NCBI RefSeq assembly: GCF_000281045.1
Contig: NW_008246093.1
Span: 524,354-561,134 of the forward strand
Direction: 5' to 3'
DNA length: 36,781 bases
Source of the DNA: Saprolegnia diclina VS20
Taxonomy: Eukaryota
The translations under genes and the position numbers were made by a program. The notes under the pieces are model-generated. The model saw only the letters and a program-made list of their open reading frames with translations, did not search any database and had not been told where the DNA came from. Positions 1-10,099 of the stretch are shown one piece after another (positions within the stretch are counted from its first letter, which is position 1; each line of letters starts with the position of its first letter).

Positions 1-177
1 TTCAAGCTCATTGGTTTCATCCTTGTCTGGGTGGCCCTCGCCATCTACTCGACCGAAGGTATTGTCGTCCATCAACAGTCGAGCAAGCAGACACCGCCCG
101 TCGATGCTGCCGACGTGACAAGTGAGGCGAAAGCGGACGCCGAGGCCGACGGCACCACACCGTATGTCCGCGTGTAA
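1..177 (+). CDS. rarD: RarD/EamA-family transporter, 3' end only (copy of the gene at 5591-6553)
   Basis: Matches 6377-6553 with no difference seen; translates FKLIGFILVWVALAIYSTEG...TTPYVRV* with TAA at 175-177. Confidence 0.9.
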   Translation, partial: FKLIGFILVWVALAIYSTEGIVVHQQSSKQTPPVDAADVTSEAKADAEADGTTPYVRV

Positions 178-764
178 ACGCGTTCTAGCGATAGACGCAG
201 AAGGCGTCTGCGTAGAGCGACACTGTAAAATCAAACAAGTTGTCTTTTGTTGGATTTTGATGCCACCAAATTCGAATTATGCCGACGACAATGGACGCCG
301 TCCATATCTTATTGCATAGCTTATTCTTGGAAATCAGTACTGGATTTTTCACGCCACTTGGTTCAAAGCTGCACCGATGCTGATGGATCATGCACATGGC
401 ACGATCTCAGAGCAAACAGCTGCAACGCACGACGTAAATAGCTGTTAATAGGCAAACGAATCGATCGCACGGCTAGGACACCCAGCCCAATGTATAAGCG
501 AAGGTAGTATCGTTTGACAGAGGGTGGATCGTGCCGACGGTCTGGATGGCGTTGCTGCACGGAAGAACCGTGCTGTACCACAGAAGCTGTTTGCGCGGCA
601 TCGCTGTTGTTTGACAGTGCGTCCTTCGCGGTGAACCGTGTGGCACGACTCCGGCCACAGCTTGAGCAAAAAGCGCCATCAAAGAGGAAGGCGAGCGAGT
701 TGACTGAGAACACAAAAACAAACCAAGTTGACCAATAAGTACTAGTCGTTTCGGAACCAAGTCC

Positions 765-1694
765 TTAGACGCGCTCGTATGCGGCCTCATCGCCCCGTGG
801 CGATTCGACAGCCGCCGGCTTGGCCACTTGCTGCTTTTGATACACAAAACCCTCGACCGAGTAGACGGCGAGCGCCACCCACACTAGGACGAATCCAATG
901 AGTTTCACCAGCGAGAAATCTTCATTGTAGACGGCAACGCCCATGATGAACATGAGGCTCGGCGCAATGTACTGCAGCATGCCGAGGAGGCTGAACGGGA
1001 TCTTTTGCGCCGCCGACGCGTACAGCAAGAGTGGAATCACGGTCACGATGCCCGCGCCAGCCAGCAAGATGTTGGCGGTCGTGCTGACGTGCAAGAAGGC
1101 GCCGTTGCCCTGAGCTTGGACGACTGAGAGGTAGATGACGGCCGGCACAAAGAGGATGCCCGTCTCGACCGTCATGCCGTGGAGAGCGTTGAGCGGCGCT
1201 TGCTTTTTGAGGACACCATAGATCGAGAAGGAAACCGCGAGCGTGAGCGCGACCCACGGAAACTTGCCGTACGCAATCGCAACAACCAAGACACCCGCAA
1301 ACGCTGCGCCGATCGCGAGCCACTGCCAGAGCCGGAGCTTCTCCTTGAAGACGACGACGCCGATGATGACGTTGATGAGCGGCGTAATGAAGTACCCGAG
1401 GCTCGTCTGCACAATGTAGCCGGCGTTGACGGCCCAGATATACGTCATCCAGTTGGCGAGGATGACTACGCTCGAGACGGTGTAGACGGCAAAGACGCGC
1501 CAGCCGCGGGCTTCTTGGCGCAAGGCGGTGAACTCGCCCTTGATCGCGAGCACGATCAAGAGGAAGACAAACGACCAGACAATGCGGTGGAGCGCGAGTT
1601 GGTCGGCGGGCACGACTTCGAGCTGCTTCCAGTAGATGGGCAAGACGCCCCAGACGACGTAAGCCGTGACGCAGTAGAGGATACCCGTGTTCAT
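765..1694 (-). CDS. rarD: RarD (EamA/DMT superfamily) ~10-TM transporter, copy A, 309 aa, intronless
   Basis: RarD motifs AYxxWG, HRIVWS, NWxxYIWAVN, SLGYFITP, KEKLRxWQW, GMxxET, GIVTVIPL and QYIAP across a hydrophobic protein. Confidence 0.93.
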   Translation of the reverse strand: MNTGILYCVTAYVVWGVLPIYWKQLEVVPADQLALHRIVWSFVFLLIVLAIKGEFTALRQEARGWRVFAVYTVSSVVILANWMTYIWAVNAGYIVQTSLGYFITPLINVIIGVVVFKEKLRLWQWLAIGAAFAGVLVVAIAYGKFPWVALTLAVSFSIYGVLKKQAPLNALHGMTVETGILFVPAVIYLSVVQAQGNGAFLHVSTTANILLAGAGIVTVIPLLLYASAAQKIPFSLLGMLQYIAPSLMFIMGVAVYNEDFSLVKLIGFVLVWVALAVYSVEGFVYQKQQVAKPAAVESPRGDEAAYERV

Positions 1695-1704
1695 GACAGA
1701 ATGT

Positions 1705-1718
1705 CAAATGAAATATGA
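1705..1718 (-). promoter_or_regulatory. Oomycete Inr/FPR-like core promoter of rarD copy A
   Basis: Minus strand reads TCATATTTCATTTG, 10 nt before the ATG. It resembles the oomycete GCTCATTYYNCAWTTT element and is conserved in copy A' (8081-8094). Confidence 0.55.
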
Positions 1719-3619
1719 GATCTTTGGAGTACATTGCTCGATTGCACGTGGAAATTCTGGAAACCACCATGTGTGATTGTGCATTCATGCTAGACTCACC
1801 AACCAACCAACGCTGGTGACACGAACCAACTGCAACCCTCTGTTCGTAGGGGTGGGCTTTCGTACCGGACGTGTCCGACACATGTTTTCGCTGTCTTGAT
1901 GGCGTGGAATATGCGGCGCAAATCGAGTTGTGCAAAGCGTTCGAGTTGTGTAGAGAGGCATCGAATACAAGGCGACTCCTCATAACCACTAGTTCGACCT
2001 GTGCACTCATAGCTGTGCCACACTGACCTTCTACTTTGAACGCTAGTTGAATAGACTAGGAAGTGTGTTTGCTAAAGTTCTTTTAACGTGAATTTCAAAG
2101 TATGATCACCGCTTCTCAGCCACACCTTGACAAACGTCTGTTGACGGTTCACACCTCTTTCAAGTGTGCCCTCTATTTTCTCAAGGGTCTCATCACGGTG
2201 TCCATGTCACATGCCATGGTGGCCAACAAGAGACGACACCACAGTGGCACGGGACGTACATTCTAATTTGTTCTGCGATCTTTCTCACGGCGCAAAACGT
2301 AGCTACATTGTACTCACTGGCCATGCAAGCGTTAGGCGACACTAGTATGTCTTCCTACCGCGCTCAATGCATCGTCAGCACCTATTAACAGAGTCTTTTT
2401 CGTGAGATTGTGCGTCCTTACTGGTACCATATATGGCATTCTTCATCAAACAGTGTTTTGGTGACGACCATCACTACCTGCAAAACTGGAACAAGTGGTC
2501 GTAGCATGAAGGGTGTCGAAGGCAACATATCTCAAATGGACGACGGCCGTGATCCGCTGAGGAATGTCAGAGATGCCACGTGAACGATTATTGCAAGCTT
2601 CCACGCATCGCAGCCGTGTGCAACAGTCTTCGTTTCACCCCTAAACCTACCACATGTGCCTCCACCGCAACTGCAATCGCACCTAGCCCTAGCAGCCCCA
2701 TTGGCCGGATAGTTGGGACTTTTAACAGCGTCACTATTATGGAAGAGCACGTCCTGGTTCTACTCGAATGCACTCGTTACCAAAGCTGCTATCAGGTGTG
2801 GTAAAGTCCGGTTCAAATAAGACCAACCCACGCTTGCCAATGTAACTGAAGCGCTGAATATATTTTATGCAGCACAACGAATGCGCTTTCAGATTCTATA
2901 TCCTTGGTACTAGTATTGTATAAGATACGTGTATGGCCAGAGCCTCGAAGCCATTCTCCGCCACAGGACTTGCGGGATGGAAGTTGCCGCATATCCGCAT
3001 TTCCTCCAAAAGCCTATATTCATTGATACATCGAAGGATGCAGTACATAGATGCAGTATCCACCATCACTCTTCACACGGAATGTCGGTCCAAGTGAGGC
3101 AATCAAGTGTCCAGTGGGCCTCCACAATTGTCGCGTCGTGGCGCGTGGTGCGTGTTGTGGATACTGCCCCGGATCCCAACCGTAGCACGTGCTTACAGCT
3201 TTCACCACCACGAAATTCAACGATACGTTTTAAATAAAAACTTTTTTACATGGCACTCGTTCCGCAGTCCATACTCTCTGCTAGTATTTCAAGGAGCGCC
3301 ATCACGATGAAGGAAAGAAGCACTCGAATTGTGTCGACGTCGCTCTATTCGACAAGAGTTACATGTTGCCAACATGGCAGAGAGGATGCAGCCCAAAACT
3401 ACGCATATTGTACACCGCCAATGTTTAAACCAAGTTTAATTTGTAGTTTCAGGTTACGTATTGTACATGTACCATAGCGCATCGCATGGCTGGCGCTGGA
3501 TCCTCTGGACACAACAAATATTAATACCATTCCTCGCAACCAGCGAACTTTGCCGTCGCTCGAGCATCCGGCAGTCAGCAACAAACAACCGGATTGGTAT
3601 TTACGACATCATGACCTTG

Positions 3620-3634
3620 TCACTTTTCAACTTG
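3620..3634 (+). promoter_or_regulatory. Inr/FPR-like core promoter of rarD copy B
   Basis: TCACTTTTCAACTTG, 9 nt upstream of ATG 3644. Confidence 0.5.
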
Positions 3635-3643
3635 ATCTCCAAG

Positions 3644-4621
3644 ATGCAAACTGGTATTCTCTACGGCGCGACAGCGTACGTCATTTGGGGCGTCCTCCCC
3701 ATGTACTGGAAGCAGCTCGGCGCCGTGCCGGCGATCCAGCTCGCGTTCCATCGCATCGCGTGGTCGTTCCTCGTCCTCCTTTTCATCATCGCGGTCAAGG
3801 GCGACTTCAAAGCCTTCCGCGCCGCAGCTCGCGGTTGGCGCGTCTTTGCCATCTACACGATCGCAAGCGTTGCGATCCTCGGCAACTGGGTCATGTACAT
3901 TTGGGCTGTCAACGCTGGCTACGTCCTCGAGACGAGTCTTGGCTACTTTATCACGCCCCTCGTCAACGTGCTCGTCGGCGTCCTCGTCTTCAAGGAGAAG
4001 CTTCGGATCTGGCAGTGGCTCGCGATGGGCTTTGCATTTGCGGGTGTCCTCGTCATTGCGATCGCGTACGCCAAGTTTCCATGGATCGCGCTCACGCTCG
4101 GTATCACGTTCTCCATCTACAGCGTCGCCAAGAAGCAAGCGCCCCTGAGTGCGCTCCACGGCTTGACGGTCGAGACGGGCATCCTCTTTGTGCCGGCTGT
4201 CGTCTATCTCTCGGTCGCTGAGGCCATGGGCGATGGCGGTTTTTTGCATGTGAGCACGGGGCACAACCTCATGCTTGTTGGCGCCGGTGTTGTGACAGTG
4301 ATCCCAATGGTGCTGTTTGCGTCCGCGGCGCAGCGAATCCCACTGAGTCTTCTCGGCGTGCTGCACTACATTGCCCCGAGCCTCATGTTTGTGTTGGGCA
4401 TTGCCGTCTACCACGAAGCCTTCTCGACAGCCAAGCTCATTGGCTTCATTCTTGTCTGGACGGGTCTTGCTATATACACGGTCGAAGGCCTCGCGCACCA
4501 GAGAGCAGCCAAGCAAGCCCTACTCACGTCGCCCGTGGAGCAAACCATCGAAGCGACTTCTCCTGCCAAAGACGAGACGACGATCGATGCGGAGGGCGAC
4601 ACACCATACGCGCGCGTTTAG
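3644..4621 (+). CDS. rarD: RarD (EamA/DMT) transporter, copy B, 325 aa
   Basis: Within ORF 3461-4621; start placed at MQTGILYG by alignment with the paralogs. Same RarD motifs; ends PYARV*. Confidence 0.93.
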   Translation: MQTGILYGATAYVIWGVLPMYWKQLGAVPAIQLAFHRIAWSFLVLLFIIAVKGDFKAFRAAARGWRVFAIYTIASVAILGNWVMYIWAVNAGYVLETSLGYFITPLVNVLVGVLVFKEKLRIWQWLAMGFAFAGVLVIAIAYAKFPWIALTLGITFSIYSVAKKQAPLSALHGLTVETGILFVPAVVYLSVAEAMGDGGFLHVSTGHNLMLVGAGVVTVIPMVLFASAAQRIPLSLLGVLHYIAPSLMFVLGIAVYHEAFSTAKLIGFILVWTGLAIYTVEGLAHQRAAKQALLTSPVEQTIEATSPAKDETTIDAEGDTPYARV

Positions 4622-5590
4622 ACGAGTCCTCCCACTGCGAGCAACTATCGGCATAGTCGCTCACATGAAACACAAACGCACTGTAATCGAAATGAAAACT
4701 TTTCCAGATCCATCGCACTTGGCCCGTTCAAAGCTTGTATGCAAATGTGATGTTTTGCTTTGTCATTGGCGTGTACCCTCCTCGACTGGCTGGATTTGAA
4801 TACGAGTTGGTGTGCTTCTGGGTCCTCGACCGATTGTCCTTGCACGACAATGTACTCTCGCTAAAGTTTATGCCCACATGTCGATAGCTTGTCTCTGCTA
4901 GCGTGACGCTTACCACGCGTCGGTGATGTTGTCGCACCGCAAAGCTATCCGAAGCGTGAGCAGACCACCGTAGTAAAATGCAACCGTTAGCACGCCGACG
5001 AATCCAAGAACGAGTACTCATAAGCGACTGCCGTTTGTTCCTGCCATGCAACCTGCCGAAGAGTGCCAACCAACGGGTCACGACCGTCACTCTTCATGCA
5101 CAATGCTGGTCAAAGTGAGGCAATCAAAGACATTTGGCCGTGGACCGGCAACAGGCCCAAGTGCAACCACAACCATGTGGTGACGCTTGCTCAAACAGAA
5201 GGAAGCGTTCCATTCATTTTTCAAGGGTTAAATAACAGTAATTACAATCTAGCAAGCTCGAGGTCGCCCAATCCAAGCTGCGACGCCGACAACAATCTAC
5301 GACGACATCACAATCGCAATTTTTTCAAGAACTCGCAAAACTTGATGTACTTTTCGGCAAAACAACATCTCTTAGATGCACCTTTTTGGTGTTATTTAAG
5401 TTTAAAAAGCGGTTGACTCACCGTGGTGCGCGCCAACAGGTGTGTCACCCCTTGGTCCAGGGCCCAAATTTTGTCCGGATTGCGTCTCGCTGGAAACCAG
5501 TCTTTTACGCTGGGTGTCCGTCGTCTGTCTTTTCTTACCGACGTCTGCTCGTTCCATGCTTTGCTCCGCACAATTCATCTTGCCTTCACC

Positions 5591-6553
5591 ATGCAAACGG
5601 GCATCATCTACGCGTCGACTGCGTACGTCATTTGGGGCGTCCTCCCCATCTACTGGAAGCAGCTCGAGGCCGTGCCCGCGGAGCAGCTCGCGCTCCACCG
5701 CATCGTCTGGTCCTTCCTCGTCCTTCTCATCGTCCTTGCGGTGAGAGGCGACTGTAAAGCCTTCCGCGCCGCGGCCCGCGGTTGGCGCGTCTTTGCTGTC
5801 TACACGATTGCGAGCATCATCATCCTCAGCAACTGGGTCGTGTACATCTGGGCTGTCAACGCCGGCTACGTTGTCGAGACGAGCCTCGGCTACTTTATCA
5901 CGCCCCTCGTCAACGTCGTCGTGGCGGTCGTCGTCTTTAAGGAAAAGCTTCGGCTTTGGCAGTGGCTCGCGATCACACTCGCGTTTGCGGGTGTCTTGGT
6001 CATTGCGATCGCGTACGCCAAGTTTCCATGGATCGCGCTCACGCTCGGTAGCACGTTCTCGCTCTACGGAATCGTCAAGAAACAAGCGCCGTTGAGTGCG
6101 CTCCACGGCATGACGGTCGAAACAGGAATCCTCTTTGTACCGGCCGTCATCTACCTCTCGGTCGTCCAGGGCATGGGGTCGGGGGCGTTTCTTCATGTGG
6201 ATACACTCAGCCATTTTCTGCTTGTCGGTGCCGGCGTGGTGACCGTGATTCCAATGGTCCTCTTTGCATCTGCGGCGCAGAGCATTCCGTTTAGCCTCCT
6301 CGGCGTGCTGCACTACATTGGCCCGAGCCTCATGTTTGTCATTGGCGTCCTCGTCTACAACGAAGCCTTCTCGACGTTCAAGCTCATTGGTTTCATCCTT
6401 GTCTGGGTGGCCCTCGCCATCTACTCGACCGAAGGTATTGTCGTCCATCAACAGTCGAGCAAGCAGACACCGCCCGTCGATGCTGCCGACGTGACAAGTG
6501 AGGCGAAAGCGGACGCCGAGGCCGACGGCACCACACCGTATGTCCGCGTGTAA
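5591..6553 (+). CDS. rarD: RarD (EamA/DMT) transporter, copy C, 320 aa
   Basis: Within ORF 5423-6553; start MQTGIIYAS. RarD motifs present; ends PYVRV*. Confidence 0.93.
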   Translation: MQTGIIYASTAYVIWGVLPIYWKQLEAVPAEQLALHRIVWSFLVLLIVLAVRGDCKAFRAAARGWRVFAVYTIASIIILSNWVVYIWAVNAGYVVETSLGYFITPLVNVVVAVVVFKEKLRLWQWLAITLAFAGVLVIAIAYAKFPWIALTLGSTFSLYGIVKKQAPLSALHGMTVETGILFVPAVIYLSVVQGMGSGAFLHVDTLSHFLLVGAGVVTVIPMVLFASAAQSIPFSLLGVLHYIGPSLMFVIGVLVYNEAFSTFKLIGFILVWVALAIYSTEGIVVHQQSSKQTPPVDAADVTSEAKADAEADGTTPYVRV

Positions 6554-7140
6554 ACGCGTTCTAGCGATAGACGCAGAAGGCGTCTGCGTAGAGCGACACT
6601 GTAAAATCAAACAAGTTGTCTTTTGTTGGATTTTGATGCCACCAAATTCGAATTATGCCGACGACAATGGACGCCGTCCATATCTTATTGCATAGCTTAT
6701 TCTTGGAAATCAGTACTGGATTTTTCACGCCACTTGGTTCAAAGCTGCACCGATGCTGATGGATCATGCACATGGCACGATCTCAGAGCAAACAGCTGCA
6801 ACGCACGACGTAAATAGCTGTTAATAGGCAAACGAATCGATCGCACGGCTAGGACACCCAGCCCAATGTATAAGCGAAGGTAGTATCGTTTGACAGAGGG
6901 TGGATCGTGCCGACGGTCTGGATGGCGTTGCTGCACGGAAGAACCGTGCTGTACCACAGAAGCTGTTTGCGCGGCATCGCTGTTGTTTGACAGTGCGTCC
7001 TTCGCGGTGAACCGTGTGGCACGACTCCGGCCACAGCTTGAGCAAAAAGCGCCATCAAAGAGGAAGGCGAGCGAGTTGACTGAGAACACAAAAACAAACC
7101 AAGTTGACCAATAAGTACTAGTCGTTTCGGAACCAAGTCC

Positions 7141-8070
7141 TTAGACGCGCTCGTATGCGGCCTCATCGCCCCGTGGCGATTCGACAGCCGCCGGCTTGGC
7201 CACTTGCTGCTTTTGATACACAAAACCCTCGACCGAGTAGACGGCGAGCGCCACCCACACTAGGACGAATCCAATGAGTTTCACCAGCGAGAAATCTTCA
7301 TTGTAGACGGCAACGCCCATGATGAACATGAGGCTCGGTCCAATGTACTGCAGCATGCCGAGGAGGCTGAACGGGATCTTTTGCGCCGCCGACGCGTACA
7401 GCAAGAGTGGAATCACGGTCACGATGCCCGCGCCAGCCAGCAAGATGTTGGCGGTCGTGCTGACGTGCAAGAAGGCGCCGTTGCCCTGAGCTTGGACGAC
7501 TGAGAGGTAGATGACGGCCGGCACAAAGAGGATGCCCGTCTCGACCGTCATGCCGTGGAGAGCGTTGAGCGGCGCTTGCTTTTTGAGGACACCATAGATC
7601 GAGAAGGAAACCGCGAGCGTGAGCGCGACCCACGGAAACTTGCCGTACGCGATCGCAACGACCAAGACACCAGCAAACGCTGCGCCGATCGCGAGCCACT
7701 GCCAGAGCCGGAGCTTCTCCTTGAAGACGACGACGCCGATGATGACGTTGATGAGCGGCGTGATGAAGTACCCGAGGCTCGTCTGTACAATGTAGCCGGC
7801 GTTGACGGCCCAGATATAAGTCATCCAGTTGGCGAGGATGACTACGCTCGAGACGGTGTAGACGGCAAAGACGCGCCAGCCGCGGGCTTCTTGCCGCAAG
7901 GCGGTGAACTCGCCCTTGATCGCAAGCACGATCAAGAGGAAGACAAACGACCAGACAATGCGGTGGAGCGCAAGCTGGTCGGCGGGCACGACTTCGAGCT
8001 GCTTCCAGTAGATGGGCAAGACGCCCCAGACGACGTAAGCCGTGACGCAGTAGAGGATACCCGTGTTCAT
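7141..8070 (-). CDS. rarD: RarD (EamA/DMT) transporter, copy A', 309 aa
   Basis: Protein matches copy A except YIAP to YIGP. Start at 8070 rather than 8163, because copy A lacks the extension and an Inr/FPR-like motif lies at 8081-8094. Confidence 0.93.
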   Translation of the reverse strand: MNTGILYCVTAYVVWGVLPIYWKQLEVVPADQLALHRIVWSFVFLLIVLAIKGEFTALRQEARGWRVFAVYTVSSVVILANWMTYIWAVNAGYIVQTSLGYFITPLINVIIGVVVFKEKLRLWQWLAIGAAFAGVLVVAIAYGKFPWVALTLAVSFSIYGVLKKQAPLNALHGMTVETGILFVPAVIYLSVVQAQGNGAFLHVSTTANILLAGAGIVTVIPLLLYASAAQKIPFSLLGMLQYIGPSLMFIMGVAVYNEDFSLVKLIGFVLVWVALAVYSVEGFVYQKQQVAKPAAVESPRGDEAAYERV

Positions 8071-8080
8071 GACCGAAAGC

Positions 8081-8094
8081 CAAATGAAAAATGA
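8081..8094 (-). promoter_or_regulatory. Inr/FPR-like core promoter of rarD copy A'
   Basis: Minus strand TCATTTTTCATTTG closely fits TCATTYYNCAWTT. Confidence 0.6.
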
Positions 8095-8944
8095 AGCCAT
8101 GGTTGGATGGAGCATCTCTGGATTTTTGGGCCAAATTCTGGAAACCACGATTGTGTCTTGCAATCAAGACGCACCCAAGTCTGGCGACAAGAACCGTCTG
8201 TTCGTAGGTGTGGGATTTGTACGACACATGTTTTCGTTGTCTCGCCGATATGTACAATGTTGTGGAGAAGACGCTGGAGTTTGTGTCAAGCGTTTGAGTA
8301 AGGAGATCTTCAAGCAGAGAGGCGACTCCTCGCAGCCACTAGCTCGAGATGCGAGGGTGCTCTTTCTGACATAACGACGTGTTTACATTCCATGAACGAC
8401 AATTGACTAGGAAGCGTGTTTTGCTAACGTTCGTTAAACACGAAACAGCCACCAGAATAGGGCCAGCGCCTCTCAACCGCACCTTTACAAACGTCTGTTT
8501 AATGGTTCACATCTTTTAAACTGCCTCTAAAGTGTAGACTCATATTTTCTTACCGGTTACATCGCAAACTTCATGTCACACCAATAGACAAAAGCTCTGG
8601 GGCACGGGACCCACATTCTACTTGTGCTCCGATCTTTCCAAAGGCTCCGAGTTTAACTGCCTAGCACTGAGCTCTCGCTCGCTAGCCACGCTGCGTGCTT
8701 GCTCACTGGGCATGCAAGCGTTTAAGGCGGCACGACTCGCTATTACAAAAGATGTAATAGCGTTTCCTACTGGTAGAAACACCTTGGTGAGGTTATGTGT
8801 CAAAAGTGTTTCTAAAGGTTTGTGAGGACCATCACTAACTGCAAACCTGGAACGAGTGGTGTTGCATGAAGGATGTCGAAGGCAACTGATTTCCATGAGA
8901 AGACGGACGTGATCCGCTGAGGAATGTCAGCGATGCCACAGGGA

Positions 8945-9520
8945 NNNNNNNNNNNNNNNNNNNNNNNNNNNNNNNNNNNNNNNNNNNNNNNNNNNNNNNN
9001 NNNNNNNNNNNNNNNNNNNNNNNNNNNNNNNNNNNNNNNNNNNNNNNNNNNNNNNNNNNNNNNNNNNNNNNNNNNNNNNNNNNNNNNNNNNNNNNNNNNN
9101 NNNNNNNNNNNNNNNNNNNNNNNNNNNNNNNNNNNNNNNNNNNNNNNNNNNNNNNNNNNNNNNNNNNNNNNNNNNNNNNNNNNNNNNNNNNNNNNNNNNN
9201 NNNNNNNNNNNNNNNNNNNNNNNNNNNNNNNNNNNNNNNNNNNNNNNNNNNNNNNNNNNNNNNNNNNNNNNNNNNNNNNNNNNNNNNNNNNNNNNNNNNN
9301 NNNNNNNNNNNNNNNNNNNNNNNNNNNNNNNNNNNNNNNNNNNNNNNNNNNNNNNNNNNNNNNNNNNNNNNNNNNNNNNNNNNNNNNNNNNNNNNNNNNN
9401 NNNNNNNNNNNNNNNNNNNNNNNNNNNNNNNNNNNNNNNNNNNNNNNNNNNNNNNNNNNNNNNNNNNNNNNNNNNNNNNNNNNNNNNNNNNNNNNNNNNN
9501 NNNNNNNNNNNNNNNNNNNN
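8945..9520. other. Assembly gap (576 N)
   Basis: Run of n. Confidence 1.
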
Positions 9521-9780
9521 AGCCAATGGTACCACCGCGTGTGAACGCGGTCTCGTGAGAAACCCGCAAGTTGTCTGCGCTTTGAGCGACACTATAAACA
9601 TAAACAAGTTGTCATGCTACGAAACCCGAGTTGTGCCGACGACGCAAAATATCTGGGTACTGTTCAGATCTTATTGCACTCACTGGTTGGATTGGTGGCT
9701 TAGTCTTGGCAATCAGATCTCAAAACAGAAATGCATTGCTTTCGGTTCAAAGCTACGCCGATGCCGACTGGTCGTGCCAA
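9521..9780 (+). repeat. Diverged third copy of the rarD-C 3' end and downstream flank (probable further rarD copy hidden in the gap)
   Basis: GCCAATGGTACCACCGCGTGTGA aligns to GCCGACGGCACCAC...CGCGTGTAA. GAGCGACACT-TAAA--TAAACAAGTTGTC, ATCTTATTGCA and GGTTCAAAGCT are shared with 140-400. One frame ends YHRV*. Confidence 0.75.
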
Positions 9781-10099
9781 GAGAAATGTAAATGCTCATG
9801 TTTATGTGCTTTCTGCTGCGTACTACATGCAGTGCTAGTATAGTTCAGCTACAAGAGGGACGCTGACTGCTGCTTCTGGTCGAACGGTCGTTGGACGAAG
9901 CATTGCACAAAAATGTGCGTCCATCGCAACTGACACTGCCGTGACTCTTGCGCCGCATGATGAGTTGTCACGTACGTCGCTGTTCGGTTGAAAGCTACTC
10001 GATCAGTGTTGTCGTGGCTTTATGTTGTCGTACAAAGCCGCGTGCGTCGCTGGCATTCATCTCCAACGGACCCATTTTCCATTTCGGCATTTCCCAACC

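Larger units (their letters stand above)
1..2580. repeat. Tandem segmental duplication, copy 1 (pairs with 6377-8944, offset 6376 bp)
   Basis: ORFs 122-319, 185-397, 363-713 and others recur unchanged at +6376. No difference seen up to ~962, about a dozen substitutions from there to 1694, then gapped but clear homology to ~2580. Confidence 0.95.
6377..8944. repeat. Tandem segmental duplication, copy 2 (pairs with 1-2580)
   Basis: See copy 1. Homology runs up to the N gap, e.g. GTGATCCGCTGAGGAATGTCAG at ~2549 and ~8909. Confidence 0.95.

Noticed and set aside
1..8070. RarD cluster as bacterial contamination
   Set aside because: Long spacers, no operon structure, oomycete-like Inr motifs, and array-derived sequence continues after the gap into the contig carrying the eukaryotic genes.
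922..8257. Long overlapping or antisense ORFs (922-2010, 3620-4516, 5402-6610, 7298-8257; likewise 16084-17118, 23701-24549, 26120-27184)
   Set aside because: Shadow frames of GC3-rich genes, with Arg-rich composition and no recognisable motifs.
8835..9607. ORFs spanning N runs (also 17867-18590)
   Set aside because: Artefacts of translating through assembly gaps.
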